The notes below the pieces were generated by a model. The model made no database searches. It was given only the letters and a program-made list of their open reading frames with translations, and was not told the DNA's origin. This document shows, one piece after another, positions 1-9,212 of a stretch of DNA of 26,766 nt. A program made the translations under genes and the position numbers. This DNA comes from an uncultured bacterium (GTDB taxonomy: Bacteria > Abyssobacteria > SURF-5). Position 1 is the first letter of the stretch. Each line of letters begins with the position of its first letter. Location of the stretch: the NCBI GenBank assembly GCA_964510165.1, contig CAZEBC010000028.1:1592-28357 (forward strand). Reading direction: 5' to 3'.

Positions 1-620
1 AGCGTGCCGATCAATGCGACCGATGCGGCGACAAGACCTGTCCGGCCTCCCGATATCCACCCGATTATCAGCAGCGCCGAGGCGGCCCATACGACTGCGG
101 CGGCCGGCTTTCGGGTTTGGAATGCGGACGCGAGGCCCTGTGTTCTCGCGTATGGCTGGAGCGCCATCAGCATGGTGAGCGCGCACCGACCGGCAACCGG
201 CATCAGGAGAACCACAGCCCATCGCGGGCCCGACGGCGCCGACGCAAGCGATGCGAACTTCAGGACGATGACGCAGACGACGGCGACGACTCCCATGGGG
301 CCGGTCCGGCTGTCTCGCATGATCTCGAGGGCGCGCTCGCGCGGTCGCGAACTCAGGAGTCCGTCGGCGGTATCGGCAAGTCCATCCATGTGCAGGCCGC
401 CGGAAACGGCGATCAATGCAATCACCATGATTCCGCTCGCCGGCAGCGGCGGAAGAATCATGGCCACGAGATAATAATCAAGCGCTCCGGCGGCAACTCC
501 GATCAGGAGTCCAACAAGCGGGAAATACAGCGAACTGCGCGCGAGGTCGCGTTTATCATCCTTGACCGCGGGCAGACGCAGAACTGTGAGAAACCGCAAG
601 GCCGCCAGAAAAGGTTTCAC
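1..620 (-). CDS. cobS: Cobalamin 5'-phosphate synthase (adenosylcobinamide-GDP ribazoletransferase), 3' end beyond the window edge
   Basis: Not in the ORF track; translated manually. GTG at 620 overlaps the cobT stop (GTGA). Reads MKPFLAALRFLTVLRLP...SSLYFPLVGLLIG...SGGLHMDGLADTADG...ALEIMRDSRTGPMG, with the CobS GxLHxDGxADxxDG and IMRDSRxG motifs. Hydrophobic. Confidence 0.95.
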   Translation of the reverse strand, partial: MKPFLAALRFLTVLRLPAVKDDKRDLARSSLYFPLVGLLIGVAAGALDYYLVAMILPPLPASGIMVIALIAVSGGLHMDGLADTADGLLSSRPRERALEIMRDSRTGPMGVVAVVCVIVLKFASLASAPSGPRWAVVLLMPVAGRCALTMLMALQPYARTQGLASAFQTRKPAAAVVWAASALLIIGWISGGRTGLVAASVALIGT

Positions 621-1678
621 GTGTCCGCCTTCGAGACCGAAGCCTCGTCGAACGTGGCGACTTCGGTCAGGATGCGAACCGCGGCATCCACCAGGTTCAT
701 CGCGAGCGCCGCGCCAGTGCCCTCGCCGAGCCGGAGGTTCAGGTCGAGCAGCGGAGTCTTGCCGAGCCGCGAATGAATGGCGACGTGGCCCTTCTCGACG
801 CTCAGGTGCGACGCGATCATGTAATCCGCGCTCAACGGCGCGAGACTCTGCGCGATCAACGCGCCGGCGCTCGCGGGGAAGCCGTCGAGCAGAACCGGTC
901 TTCGCATTGCGGCGGCGCCGAGGATGAGGCCCGCGATGCCGCCGATCTCGAATCCGCCGACTTTCGAAAGAACATCGAGGCCGTCCGACGAGTCGGGCTG
1001 GTTGAGTGCGAGCGCACGTTCGATCACCTGAACTTTGTGTTTTAGCTGAGCTTCGTCAATGCCGGTTCCGCGGCCGGTGACCTCGGCGGCGGGCAGGCCG
1101 GTCATCGCGGCGACGACGGCGCTCGCGGCGGTGGTGTTGCCGATGCCCATGTCGCCCGTTCCGAGCACGTCAAATCCGGCGAGTTCGCGGGCCACCTCGA
1201 TGCCCGCCTCGACCGAGCGAACGGCCTCCTCGCGCGTCATCGCGGGACCGGCCGCCATGTTCCCCGTTCCGGCGGCGACACGCTTGGAGACGATTTTTCC
1301 CTCGCGCGCAAGCGGCGCAAGGTCTGCCGCGACACCCATATCCACCACGACCACCCGCGCGCCCGCCGCCCTCGCGAGCGCGTTGATTCCGGCGCCGCCA
1401 TTGACGAAGTTGTAGACCATCTGCGCCGTGACCTCGCGCGGATACTTGCTCACGCTCTCTGCGGCGACGCCGTGGTCGGCAGCCATCGTGACGACGGCGC
1501 GCCGCTCGACGGCGGGGCTGAGCGAGCCGGTCATGCCTGCGAGGTCGAGCGCCAGGTCCATCAGTTTGCCGAGCGCCCAATGCGGCATCGTGAGTTGATC
1601 GAGCCGGCTCTTCGCTTTCGCGCGGGCGGTTTGGTCTTGCGGGATAATCTTCGCGATCGTTTCCTCGATGAGTCTCAT
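617..1678 (-). CDS. cobT: Nicotinate-nucleotide--dimethylbenzimidazole phosphoribosyltransferase
   Basis: Motifs LTMPHWALGKL, AADHGV, GGAGIN, GDMGIGNTT, GRGTG, GGFEIG, RLGEGTG (catalytic Glu). Start placed at ATG 1678 (ATGA overlap with the cobU stop, AAGGA SD) rather than 1765. Confidence 0.96.
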   Translation of the reverse strand: MRLIEETIAKIIPQDQTARAKAKSRLDQLTMPHWALGKLMDLALDLAGMTGSLSPAVERRAVVTMAADHGVAAESVSKYPREVTAQMVYNFVNGGAGINALARAAGARVVVVDMGVAADLAPLAREGKIVSKRVAAGTGNMAAGPAMTREEAVRSVEAGIEVARELAGFDVLGTGDMGIGNTTAASAVVAAMTGLPAAEVTGRGTGIDEAQLKHKVQVIERALALNQPDSSDGLDVLSKVGGFEIGGIAGLILGAAAMRRPVLLDGFPASAGALIAQSLAPLSADYMIASHLSVEKGHVAIHSRLGKTPLLDLNLRLGEGTGAALAMNLVDAAVRILTEVATFDEASVSKADT

Positions 1679-2226
1679 GAGCGATTTCCTTTCTTCAGGT
1701 GTAGCGGCAGTCCGCATGTCATGAGCGTGACTTCCTCCGCCGCTGCGGCCATGGTCTGGTTGCATCTGCCGGCGAGGTCGCGGAACCGGCGGGCGAGCGC
1801 GTTATCAGGCACGACGCCCATGCCGACCTCGTTGGTGACGAACAGGACGTGGCCGGAACGTTGCGAGCAGGCGTGGATGATCTCGCGGCATTTGCGGGAG
1901 ATGGCGCCTTCGGTGATTTTCTTGCGGTTCTGCTCGGCCTGGTACATGAGGTTGTTGACCCACAGCGTCAGGCAGTCAACGAGGATCACCTCAAACCCTT
2001 CGGCCTGTTTCAACGCGTCCAGGAGATCGGTCTGCTGTTCGATCGTGCGCCAGCCCGGTTTTGCACGCGACTGCCGGTGTTTGCGTATGCGCTCGCGCAT
2101 CTCGGCGTCGGTCGCGGGCGAGGTGGCCACAAACGCGCGTCTTCCGGGCAGGTTCTCGGCGAGCTTTTGCGCGTATGCGCTCTTTCCGCTTCGGCTGCCG
2201 CCGGTAATCAGGATTATGCGGGCCAT
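1675..2226 (-). CDS. cobU: Bifunctional adenosylcobinamide kinase / adenosylcobinamide-phosphate guanylyltransferase (CobU/CobP)
   Basis: ITGGSRSGKS P-loop, EMRERIRKHRQSR (guanylylated His), LVDCLTLWVNN, NEVGMG, FRDLAGRCNQ. ATG 2226 has a GGAG SD. Confidence 0.96.
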   Translation of the reverse strand: MARIILITGGSRSGKSAYAQKLAENLPGRRAFVATSPATDAEMRERIRKHRQSRAKPGWRTIEQQTDLLDALKQAEGFEVILVDCLTLWVNNLMYQAEQNRKKITEGAISRKCREIIHACSQRSGHVLFVTNEVGMGVVPDNALARRFRDLAGRCNQTMAAAAEEVTLMTCGLPLHLKKGNRS

Positions 2227-2238
2227 ATCACCATCTCC

Positions 2239-2279
2239 AAAAACAAAACATCCCCGAAACCCCGAAGGGTTTGGGGATG
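2239..2279 (-). terminator. Intrinsic terminator (attenuator) in the cobU leader
   Basis: Minus strand reads CATCCCCAAACCC-TTCG-GGGTTTCGGGGATG followed by TTTTGTTTTT, between the riboswitch and the cobU start. Confidence 0.88.
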
Positions 2280-2336
2280 CCGTTTTCCATCCCGTATGCG
2301 CGATTGACCCCAAGCCCGAGGGTCGAAGCGCTGTGT

Positions 2337-2498
2337 ATCCGCCGGCAGGTCTTCTGGCTCCGGGATCATCCGGCTTGGCCGCGCCTTCCCATCACGCGAT
2401 AGTGGCCGAGTGCGGCTGCCGTCCCCCGGTTACAGCGGCGGGTCCGCGACGGAGTTTCACCGTCTTCCCTCAAAGTCCTCAGCGGACAACCGGCGGAT
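2337..2498 (-). ncRNA. Cobalamin (AdoCbl) riboswitch
   Basis: Minus strand contains AGGGAAgaCGGTGAAACTCCG, GCCGCTGTAA, GCCACT...GGGAAGGC and the B12 box GAGCCAGAAGACCTGCC. Closing P1 is ATCCGCCGG/CCGGCGGAT. Sits directly upstream of the cob genes. Confidence 0.96.
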
Positions 2499-2504
2499 GG
2501 TGAG

Positions 2505-2533
2505 ATAGTACACCATTTGCGGGAGGATTTCAA
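2505..2533 (-). promoter_or_regulatory. Sigma70-type promoter for the riboswitch-cob transcript
   Basis: TTGAAA (2533-2528), 17 nt spacer, TACTAT (2510-2505). The predicted start falls at the 5' end of riboswitch P1. Confidence 0.75.
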
Positions 2534-2594
2534 GGGAAAACGGGCTGTTTAACCACAGTCATAGAGAGTCACAGCGCGGCACAGCCGCACGGTA

Positions 2595-4412
2595 TCATTT
2601 CTCCATCGGGCGGGTTTTGGCGGGGAGTTCCTGGCCTTTGTATTGGAGCAGGTAGAGGCGGTAGTAGATGCCTTTGCGGTCGAGCAGTTCCTGGTGAGTT
2701 CCTTCCTCGACGACCTGGCCTTTGTGCATCACAAGGATGCGGTCCACTCCCTTGATCGTGGAGAGGCGGTGGGCGATGACGATGGAGGTGCGGCCTTCCA
2801 TGAGCTGGCGGACGGCCTGCTGGATGAGCCGCTCGGTGTAGGTGTCCACGTTGGAGGTGGCCTCGTCGAGCACGAGTATCCTCGGCTCGAAGGTGAGCGC
2901 GCGCGCAAACGAGATGAGCTGTTTCTCGCCGCTCGAGAGGTTTTTGCCGCGTTCCCTGACGGGCTCATTGTAGCGATGGGGGAACCGGTCGATGAACGCC
3001 TCGACGTTGGCGCGTCGCGCGGCGTCGCGAACCTCCTGGGGCGAGATGGATTCGCTGCCGACCCTGATGTTGTATTCGATGTCGCCGGAGAACAGGAACA
3101 CGTCCTGCAGCACAGTGCCGATCCTGCGGCGGAGTTCGTGCTTGTCGAACTTGCGGATATCCACGCCATCAATGAGGATGCTGCCTCTGTCGATATCGTA
3201 GAGTCGTGTGAGCAGCTTGATGAGAGTGGTCTTGCCCGCGCCGGTTGCGCCGACGACCGCGAGCTTTTCACCCGGCCTTATCCGGAACGAGACCCCGCGT
3301 ATCACGGGTTCCTCGGGTTTGTAGCCGAACCAGACGTCGCGGAACTCGATCTCGCCTTTGACTCTATCGAGCGGCACAGGCTCAGACGGATTCAGGATGG
3401 TGTCGGACGTGTCGAGCAGCTTGAAGATGCGCTCAGAGGCCGCCATCGCGGATTGCATGACCGTGTATTGCTGGCTCAGGCTGAATATCGGCTCGAAGAA
3501 GCGCCCGACGAGATCGATGAAGAGCACGAGCGAGCCGAAGGTGAGCGTTTCGCGCACAATCTGGCCGCCGCCGTACCACAGTATGAGCGCGAGTCCGAGC
3601 GAGCCTATGAACTCGACAAGCGCCGACAGGCCCGATTCGTAGAAGACCGATTTCAGTTGGGCGTTCAGCAGGTCGGTGTTGACCGACCGGAACTGGCGGC
3701 GATTCGTCTCTTCGCGCAGGAACATCTGCACGATGCCCATGCCGCTTATATTTTCGTGAAGCATCGAGTTGAGCCTGGCGAGCAGGACCCTGATGGAGCG
3801 GAAGGCGTCGCGCGCCTTGACCCGGAAATACATGGTTGATGCAAGCAGGAACGGGACAATGGTGAAGGTGACGAGCGAAAGTTTGAAGTCCACGATGAAG
3901 AGGATGACCACGATGGCGACGAGCTTGAACATGTCGCCGAGGATGGTCACGACCCCATAGGCGAACATGTCGTCCAGCGCCTCGACATCGGTCGTCACTC
4001 GAGTCATCAGCCGGCCGACGGGAGTCCTGTCGAAGAACCTCGAGGGCAATTTCAGTATATGCTCGAATATCTTCATCCTCAGGTCGAAGATGACGACCTG
4101 GCCGGTCTTCTCGGTGACGACCGATTCGCCGTAGCGCGAGACGAACTCGCCGGCTATCGCGAGCAGGAACACCAGCGCCAGCAGGGTAAGCCCTTCTTCC
4201 TGGCCGGTGACGATGTGGCGGTCAATTGCGAGCTTGACCAGGTACGGCCTGAGAAGCTGGAATCCCGATACCGCGAGCATGAGGAGGAGCGAGATGAGTA
4301 TCCTGCGCCTGTGAGGCTTCACGTACTGCCACAGCCGCTTGATCAGGCGCGCGTCGTACGCTTTTCCGAGCGCCTCTTCCTCGTGGTATGTTCCGATTCC
4401 GTGTCCGTGCAT
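2595..4412 (-). CDS. ABC exporter subunit (TMD+NBD), MdlB/TmrA-like
   Basis: N-terminal TM domain, Walker A GATGAGKT, degenerate signature LSSGEKQ, Walker B ILVLDEATS, H-loop IAHRLST. Confidence 0.93.
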   Translation of the reverse strand: MHGHGIGTYHEEEALGKAYDARLIKRLWQYVKPHRRRILISLLLMLAVSGFQLLRPYLVKLAIDRHIVTGQEEGLTLLALVFLLAIAGEFVSRYGESVVTEKTGQVVIFDLRMKIFEHILKLPSRFFDRTPVGRLMTRVTTDVEALDDMFAYGVVTILGDMFKLVAIVVILFIVDFKLSLVTFTIVPFLLASTMYFRVKARDAFRSIRVLLARLNSMLHENISGMGIVQMFLREETNRRQFRSVNTDLLNAQLKSVFYESGLSALVEFIGSLGLALILWYGGGQIVRETLTFGSLVLFIDLVGRFFEPIFSLSQQYTVMQSAMAASERIFKLLDTSDTILNPSEPVPLDRVKGEIEFRDVWFGYKPEEPVIRGVSFRIRPGEKLAVVGATGAGKTTLIKLLTRLYDIDRGSILIDGVDIRKFDKHELRRRIGTVLQDVFLFSGDIEYNIRVGSESISPQEVRDAARRANVEAFIDRFPHRYNEPVRERGKNLSSGEKQLISFARALTFEPRILVLDEATSNVDTYTERLIQQAVRQLMEGRTSIVIAHRLSTIKGVDRILVMHKGQVVEEGTHQELLDRKGIYYRLYLLQYKGQELPAKTRPMEK

Positions 4413-4415
4413 CTT

Positions 4416-4450
4416 ACTGGTTTTGGGTTTCGGGTTCCGAGTTTCGGGTT
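4416..4450. repeat. Five-unit degenerate heptamer tandem repeat
   Basis: ACTGGTT-TTGGGTT-TCGGGTT-CCGAGTT-TCGGGTT fills most of the gap between the two ABC genes. Confidence 0.7.
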
Positions 4451-4462
4451 AAAGGATTCATC

Positions 4463-6232
4463 TCACATTTCTTCCAGTTCTTCCATCAGGAGTTGTTTTT
4501 CGTAGAGGTCGGCGTAGGTGCCGCCTCGCGCGACCAACTCGTCGTGGGTGCCTTCCTCGACGATGCGGCCCTCTTCCATGACCACGATCTTGTCGGCGTC
4601 CTTGACCGTCGAGACCCGGTGCGAAATCATGATGGTGGTCCTCTGGCGGAAGAAGTCCCTCAGGTTTCTGAGTATCAGTTCTTCCGTGTGCGTGTCGACG
4701 CTGGAGAAGGCGTCGTCCAGGATCAATATTTTCGGGTTGCTGCGGAGCGCGCGAGCGAGGGCCGTCCTCTGGCGCTGACCGCCCGAGAGGTTGATGCCGC
4801 GTTCTCCGATGAGGGTGTCGAACCCTTTCGGGAAACTCTCGACATCGGGGAGCAGCCCGGCCATGCGAGCGGCTCGCTCTACGTCCATCGTCTCGCCGTC
4901 ATGGCTGGCGAACGCGATGTTTTCCCTGAGCGTGATCGAGAACAGGAAGCTCTCCTGCGGCACCAATCCGATTTGCTTCCTTAACTCTTCAAGGGGGATG
5001 CTGGTTATATCTCTTCCATCAATGAAAATGACTCCGGGCTGGACCTCGAGCAGTCTCGTGATGAGATTGATGAGCGTTGACTTGCCCGAGCCGGTATGGC
5101 CGACAATCGCAAGGGTGGTCCCTGCCGGTATCCTCAGGTTTATGTCCTTAAGCGCGAATCGGTTGTTCAGCCCGTTGTCGGAGACGGGGTAAGAAAACGA
5201 AAGGTTCCGCAATTCGATGTCGCCGGTCTGTATGGAGAAGGGCTGCGTTCTTTCGTCATCCTTGATGGAAGGCTGCTCGGCAAGCACCTCGTTCACGCGC
5301 CGGAGCGCCGACAGTCCGCGCTGGGACGCGCTGATGATCATGCCCAGGAACGCGGTCGGCATGGCCAGGATTCCAAGATATCCGCTGAACGCGACAAACT
5401 CGCCGAGCGATATCTGCCCTCCGATGGTCTTCCTGCCACCTATCCATATGACGACGAGCATGCCCACCGAACTCACGAATGCGATCATGGGAGTGAGGAG
5501 CGCATGGATTCGTATAAGCCCGATGTTGCTATCGAAATACTCCTGGCTCAACCTGCGGAACTGATTCGCCTCGCTCTCTTCCTGGACGTATGCCTTCACG
5601 ATCTGGATGCCCGATATCGTCTCCTGCGCGCGGTCGCTCAGGCTGGCAAGCTTCTCCTGTACGTCACGCGAGCGGGTGAAGAGTATCGAGGCGAATTTCT
5701 TGAAGACGATCAGGAAAAGAGGGTAGGGGATGATGGCGAGCAGGGTCAGTTCGGCACTCATATAGAGCATGATCGGGATAGCGCCCAGATACAGGATGAA
5801 GGTGTTTATGAGATATAGAATGACCGGCCCGACGAGGCTCTGGACGTATTGCATGTCATTGACCAGCCGTGACATGAGGTCGCCGGTCGGCATGCGCACG
5901 TAGTATGAGGGCGAGAGTATCTGCAAGTGCGCGAACAGGTCGTCGCGCAGGTCACGGGCCACCTTTCGGCTGTTCCCGAGCAGGTACCATCTCGAGCCGA
6001 CGCGTATCACCATCTGGGCGGTGGCCACGGCGAGTATGAGGAACGCATAAAGGTGCAGCCTGCCGAGTTCCTGGGCTTTGCTGACATGCTGCAGGTGCTC
6101 GATGGTCTCCTTGGTGAGCCACGGGATCACAAGGGAAAGCCCATTGGAGACCACAAGGCACACGCATCCCACAACATAAGCCAACAGGTAGCGCCGGACG
6201 TATGGCGTAAGCGTTCGCAGGTCTTCTAACAT
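4463..6232 (-). CDS. ABC exporter subunit (TMD+NBD), MdlA/TmrB-like
   Basis: TM domain, Walker A GHTGSGKS, canonical signature LSGGQRQR, Walker B ILILDDAFS (Asp in place of the catalytic Glu), ISHRVST. Confidence 0.93.
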   Translation of the reverse strand: MLEDLRTLTPYVRRYLLAYVVGCVCLVVSNGLSLVIPWLTKETIEHLQHVSKAQELGRLHLYAFLILAVATAQMVIRVGSRWYLLGNSRKVARDLRDDLFAHLQILSPSYYVRMPTGDLMSRLVNDMQYVQSLVGPVILYLINTFILYLGAIPIMLYMSAELTLLAIIPYPLFLIVFKKFASILFTRSRDVQEKLASLSDRAQETISGIQIVKAYVQEESEANQFRRLSQEYFDSNIGLIRIHALLTPMIAFVSSVGMLVVIWIGGRKTIGGQISLGEFVAFSGYLGILAMPTAFLGMIISASQRGLSALRRVNEVLAEQPSIKDDERTQPFSIQTGDIELRNLSFSYPVSDNGLNNRFALKDINLRIPAGTTLAIVGHTGSGKSTLINLITRLLEVQPGVIFIDGRDITSIPLEELRKQIGLVPQESFLFSITLRENIAFASHDGETMDVERAARMAGLLPDVESFPKGFDTLIGERGINLSGGQRQRTALARALRSNPKILILDDAFSSVDTHTEELILRNLRDFFRQRTTIMISHRVSTVKDADKIVVMEEGRIVEEGTHDELVARGGTYADLYEKQLLMEELEEM

Positions 6233-6291
6233 GTGCAGTTAAGTATTCACTTCACGGGCGAGGCGAGGCAAGAACGCGGATTATCATTTTT

Positions 6292-6320
6292 ATTATAGCG
6301 GTTTGCCGAATCTTCGTCAA
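6292..6320 (-). promoter_or_regulatory. Sigma70-type promoter of the ABC exporter operon
   Basis: TTGACG (6320-6315), 17 nt spacer, TATAAT (6297-6292); near consensus. Confidence 0.8.
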
Positions 6321-6340
6321 TCATCGGATTCTTCCCGCGC

Positions 6341-6369
6341 TTGACACCACGCGGCCTTTCTGGTAGCTT
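6341..6369 (+). promoter_or_regulatory. Sigma70-type promoter of the aminotransferase-serA operon (divergent)
   Basis: TTGACA (6341-6346), 17 nt spacer ending in TGG (extended -10), TAGCTT (6364-6369). A second TATAAT lies at 6388-6393. Confidence 0.7.
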
Positions 6370-6426
6370 ATTCTGAATTATTTGCTGTATAATGGGGTGT
6401 CGTGTTATCTCAAGAAGGGAATGTGT

Positions 6427-7557
6427 ATGAAGAAGAAGCTGTTGATGTCTCCCGGGCCGACTTCGCTCCCGCCTCAGGTGCTTCTGGCAATGGCCAAGCC
6501 GGTCATTCATCACAGGACTGCCGAATTCAAGGCGATCCTGAAGGAAATGAACGAGGGGCTTCAATATGTCTTCCAGACCCGGAACCCCGTGGTCACGCTC
6601 TCTGCCTCCGGTACCGGTGCGATGGAAGCCGCTGTGGTGAATACGCTTTCGCCGGGCGACCGCGCCCTTGTGGTCAGGGGCGGCAAGTTCGGCGAGCGAT
6701 GGGGCGAGATATGCGAAGCCTATGGGATTCAGGCGGTTCCGCTCGATGTGGAATGGGGCCAGGCCGTCGCTCCTGCCGAGATAGAGAAGGCTTTGAATAA
6801 GGCTCCCGACACCCGTGTCGTATTCGCAACTCTTTGTGAAACAAGCACTTGTGTAAGAAACGACATCGAGGCTATTGGACGGATTGTCGCAAAGCACAAG
6901 GCACTGCTTATCGTTGACGCAATCAGCGGCCTGTGCGCCGACGACCTGAAGACCGACGAATGGGCGGTGGATATCGCCGTTGCCGGCTCGCAGAAGGGGC
7001 TAATGCTTCCGCCCGGCCTCGCGTTTGCGAGCGTCAGCCAGAAGGCGCGCGAGGTTATGAAGCAATCGAAGGGGCCGAGATTCTATTTCTCGTTTGAGAA
7101 AGCGCTGTCGAGTCTGGCCAAAACCGACACTCCATTCACCTCCGCCGTTTCGCTGATTTACGGCCTTAAGGAGGCGATTGCTCTGATACGGGGCGAGGGG
7201 CTGGAAAACGTCATCAAGCGGCATGCTCGACTGGCAGGCGCCACCCGCGCGGCGGTGTCTGCGCTCGGGCTTGGGCTTCTCTCGAAGGCCCCGTCGAACG
7301 TAGCCACGGCGGCCGTGATGCCCTCCGGTATCAACGCCGATGACGTCCGTAAGAAATTGTCGGAGGATTTCGGGATAACCGTGGCTGGAGGACAAGACAA
7401 GCTAAAGGGGAAGATCATCCGGATCGCGCACCTTGGCTATTGCGAGGAGTCAGACGTGATAGCCGCCGTTTCGGCGCTTGAGATGGTTCTGGGCCGATTC
7501 GGCCACAGGTGTGAACCGGGCGCCGCAGTCGCGGCGGCAGAAAAGGCATTTGCGTAA
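6427..7557 (+). CDS. Class V PLP aminotransferase (alanine-glyoxylate/serine-pyruvate family), probable phosphoserine aminotransferase role
   Basis: LMSPGPT, HHRTAEF, SGTGAMEAA, GKFGERW, ETST, VDAIS, GSQKGLMLPPGL (PLP Lys), TPFT, GGQDKLKGKIIRIAHLG. ATG 6427 follows an AAGGGA SD. Directly upstream of serA. Confidence 0.9.
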   Translation: MKKKLLMSPGPTSLPPQVLLAMAKPVIHHRTAEFKAILKEMNEGLQYVFQTRNPVVTLSASGTGAMEAAVVNTLSPGDRALVVRGGKFGERWGEICEAYGIQAVPLDVEWGQAVAPAEIEKALNKAPDTRVVFATLCETSTCVRNDIEAIGRIVAKHKALLIVDAISGLCADDLKTDEWAVDIAVAGSQKGLMLPPGLAFASVSQKAREVMKQSKGPRFYFSFEKALSSLAKTDTPFTSAVSLIYGLKEAIALIRGEGLENVIKRHARLAGATRAAVSALGLGLLSKAPSNVATAAVMPSGINADDVRKKLSEDFGITVAGGQDKLKGKIIRIAHLGYCEESDVIAAVSALEMVLGRFGHRCEPGAAVAAAEKAFA

Positions 7558-7591
7558 TATGATCGCAAGACAACGGAAGAAACAGGAAGCA

Positions 7592-9169
7592 ATGAGGATT
7601 CTGGCCAGCGATTCTCTCGCCGAGCAGGGGGTCGCCGTTATACGAGAGAACGATTTCGAGGTGGATGTTCATTCGAAGCTCACGCCCGAGCAACTGCTTG
7701 AGGCTATTCCGAACTATGACGCGCTCATCGTGCGCAGTCAATCCAAGGTGACCGAAAGGGTTATCGAGGCAGGCGCGAGGCTCAAGGTCATCGGCCGCGC
7801 CGGCGTGGGACTCGACAACATTGACGTGGCCGCAGCCACAAAGCGCGGCATCATGGTCCTGAACGCACCCGGCGGCAACACGATATCTACGGCGGAGCAT
7901 GCGATCTCGATGATGCTTGCGTTGGCGCGAAACATACCGCAGGCGTGCGTCTCGGTGAGGGGCGGCAAGTGGGAGCGCAAGCGCTTCACCGGCACCGAGG
8001 TCTACGGAAAGACGCTCGGCATCATCGGGCTCGGCAGGATCGGCAGCGAGGTGGCAAGGCGCGCGCACGCGCTTGGCATGAAGCTGCTCGGCTACGACCC
8101 TATCCTTCTGCCGGAACGCGCGCGCGCGATCAACGTTGAGCCGGTTGACCTCGACACGCTGATCCGGAATTCCGATTTCATCACGCTGCACGTTCCGCTC
8201 AACGACCAGACGAGAAACATGATCTCAGCACGCCAGTTTGCGGAGATGAAAGAAGACGTCCGGATCGTTAACTGCGCGCGAGGAGGAATCATCAACGAGG
8301 CGGACCTGGTTGAAGCGCTCAAGTCGGGCAAAGTGGCTGGGGCCGCGCTCGACGTGTTCGAGCACGAACCCCCGAGCGACAGCCCGCTCCTCAATATGGA
8401 CTCCGTGATCATGACGCCGCATCTGGGCGCATCGACCGAAGAGGCTCAGGTCAACGTGGCGCGCGAGGTCGCCGAGCAGGTGGTGCGCGCGCTTCGCGGA
8501 GAGCCGGTTCCCTCTGCGGTCAATGTGCCGCCGATTGATCCGGAAACGTACAGACAACTGAAGCCTTACCTGGAACTCGCCGAGAAGCTGGGCCGATTCC
8601 AGGCGCAATATCCGTCGGGCAACGTGCGCGAGATGGTCGTCGAGGTTTTCGGTGATATTGAACAATACGACCTCAGGCCGGTCCGCACCGCCGCCATCAA
8701 GGGGTTCCTCGAGGTCTTCCTGCATGAAAACGTGAACTATGTGAATGCGCCCCTCTTGATGGCGGACCGCAAGATCGCGGTGACCGAACGAAAGGGGCAG
8801 ATGCTTCGGGATTACGCGAATCTGATAACCGTACGCGTCATCACCGACAAGGAAGAATGTTCGGTCGCGGGAACCCTGTTCAGCCGCACGACGAAGCGGA
8901 TTGTCCGGCTGAACGATTTCCACGTTGACGCCTGGCCCGACGGAGTGGTCCTGATTTGTCTGAACGAGGATAAGCCGGGCATCATCGGCAACCTCGGCAC
9001 CCTCATGGCAAACAACAACATCAATATCGGCGCCATGACGCTTGGCAGGACGCGCAGGGGCGGCGCAGCCGCCACCATTTTGAACCTCGACTCGGAGCTT
9101 AGCGCCGACTTGATCGAGCAGGTGAAGAAGATAAAGCACATCAACGACGCCAAGGTGGTCAAGCTCTGA
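7592..9169 (+). CDS. serA: D-3-phosphoglycerate dehydrogenase (long form with ASB and ACT domains)
   Basis: GRAGVGLDNID, NAPGGNTISTAEH, GLGRIG Rossmann motif, NCARGG, DVFEHEP, TPHLGAST, C-terminal ACT (NEDKPGIIG). ATG 7592 with an AGGA SD. Confidence 0.96.
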   Translation: MRILASDSLAEQGVAVIRENDFEVDVHSKLTPEQLLEAIPNYDALIVRSQSKVTERVIEAGARLKVIGRAGVGLDNIDVAAATKRGIMVLNAPGGNTISTAEHAISMMLALARNIPQACVSVRGGKWERKRFTGTEVYGKTLGIIGLGRIGSEVARRAHALGMKLLGYDPILLPERARAINVEPVDLDTLIRNSDFITLHVPLNDQTRNMISARQFAEMKEDVRIVNCARGGIINEADLVEALKSGKVAGAALDVFEHEPPSDSPLLNMDSVIMTPHLGASTEEAQVNVAREVAEQVVRALRGEPVPSAVNVPPIDPETYRQLKPYLELAEKLGRFQAQYPSGNVREMVVEVFGDIEQYDLRPVRTAAIKGFLEVFLHENVNYVNAPLLMADRKIAVTERKGQMLRDYANLITVRVITDKEECSVAGTLFSRTTKRIVRLNDFHVDAWPDGVVLICLNEDKPGIIGNLGTLMANNNINIGAMTLGRTRRGGAAATILNLDSELSADLIEQVKKIKHINDAKVVKL

Positions 9170-9212
9170 GGATATCCGCTTCCCGGACTTCAAGCAAGGG
9201 AATTTGCTCTCG

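Noticed and set aside
2227-2313. N-terminal extension of cobU / possible leader peptide
   Set aside because: It runs through the terminator hairpin; the homologous start and SD are at 2226.
2643-3839. 398-aa plus-strand ORF and similar long antisense ORFs (1472..2503, 8225..9193, 17807..18796)
   Set aside because: They overlap well-supported genes on the opposite strand and are typical shadow ORFs.
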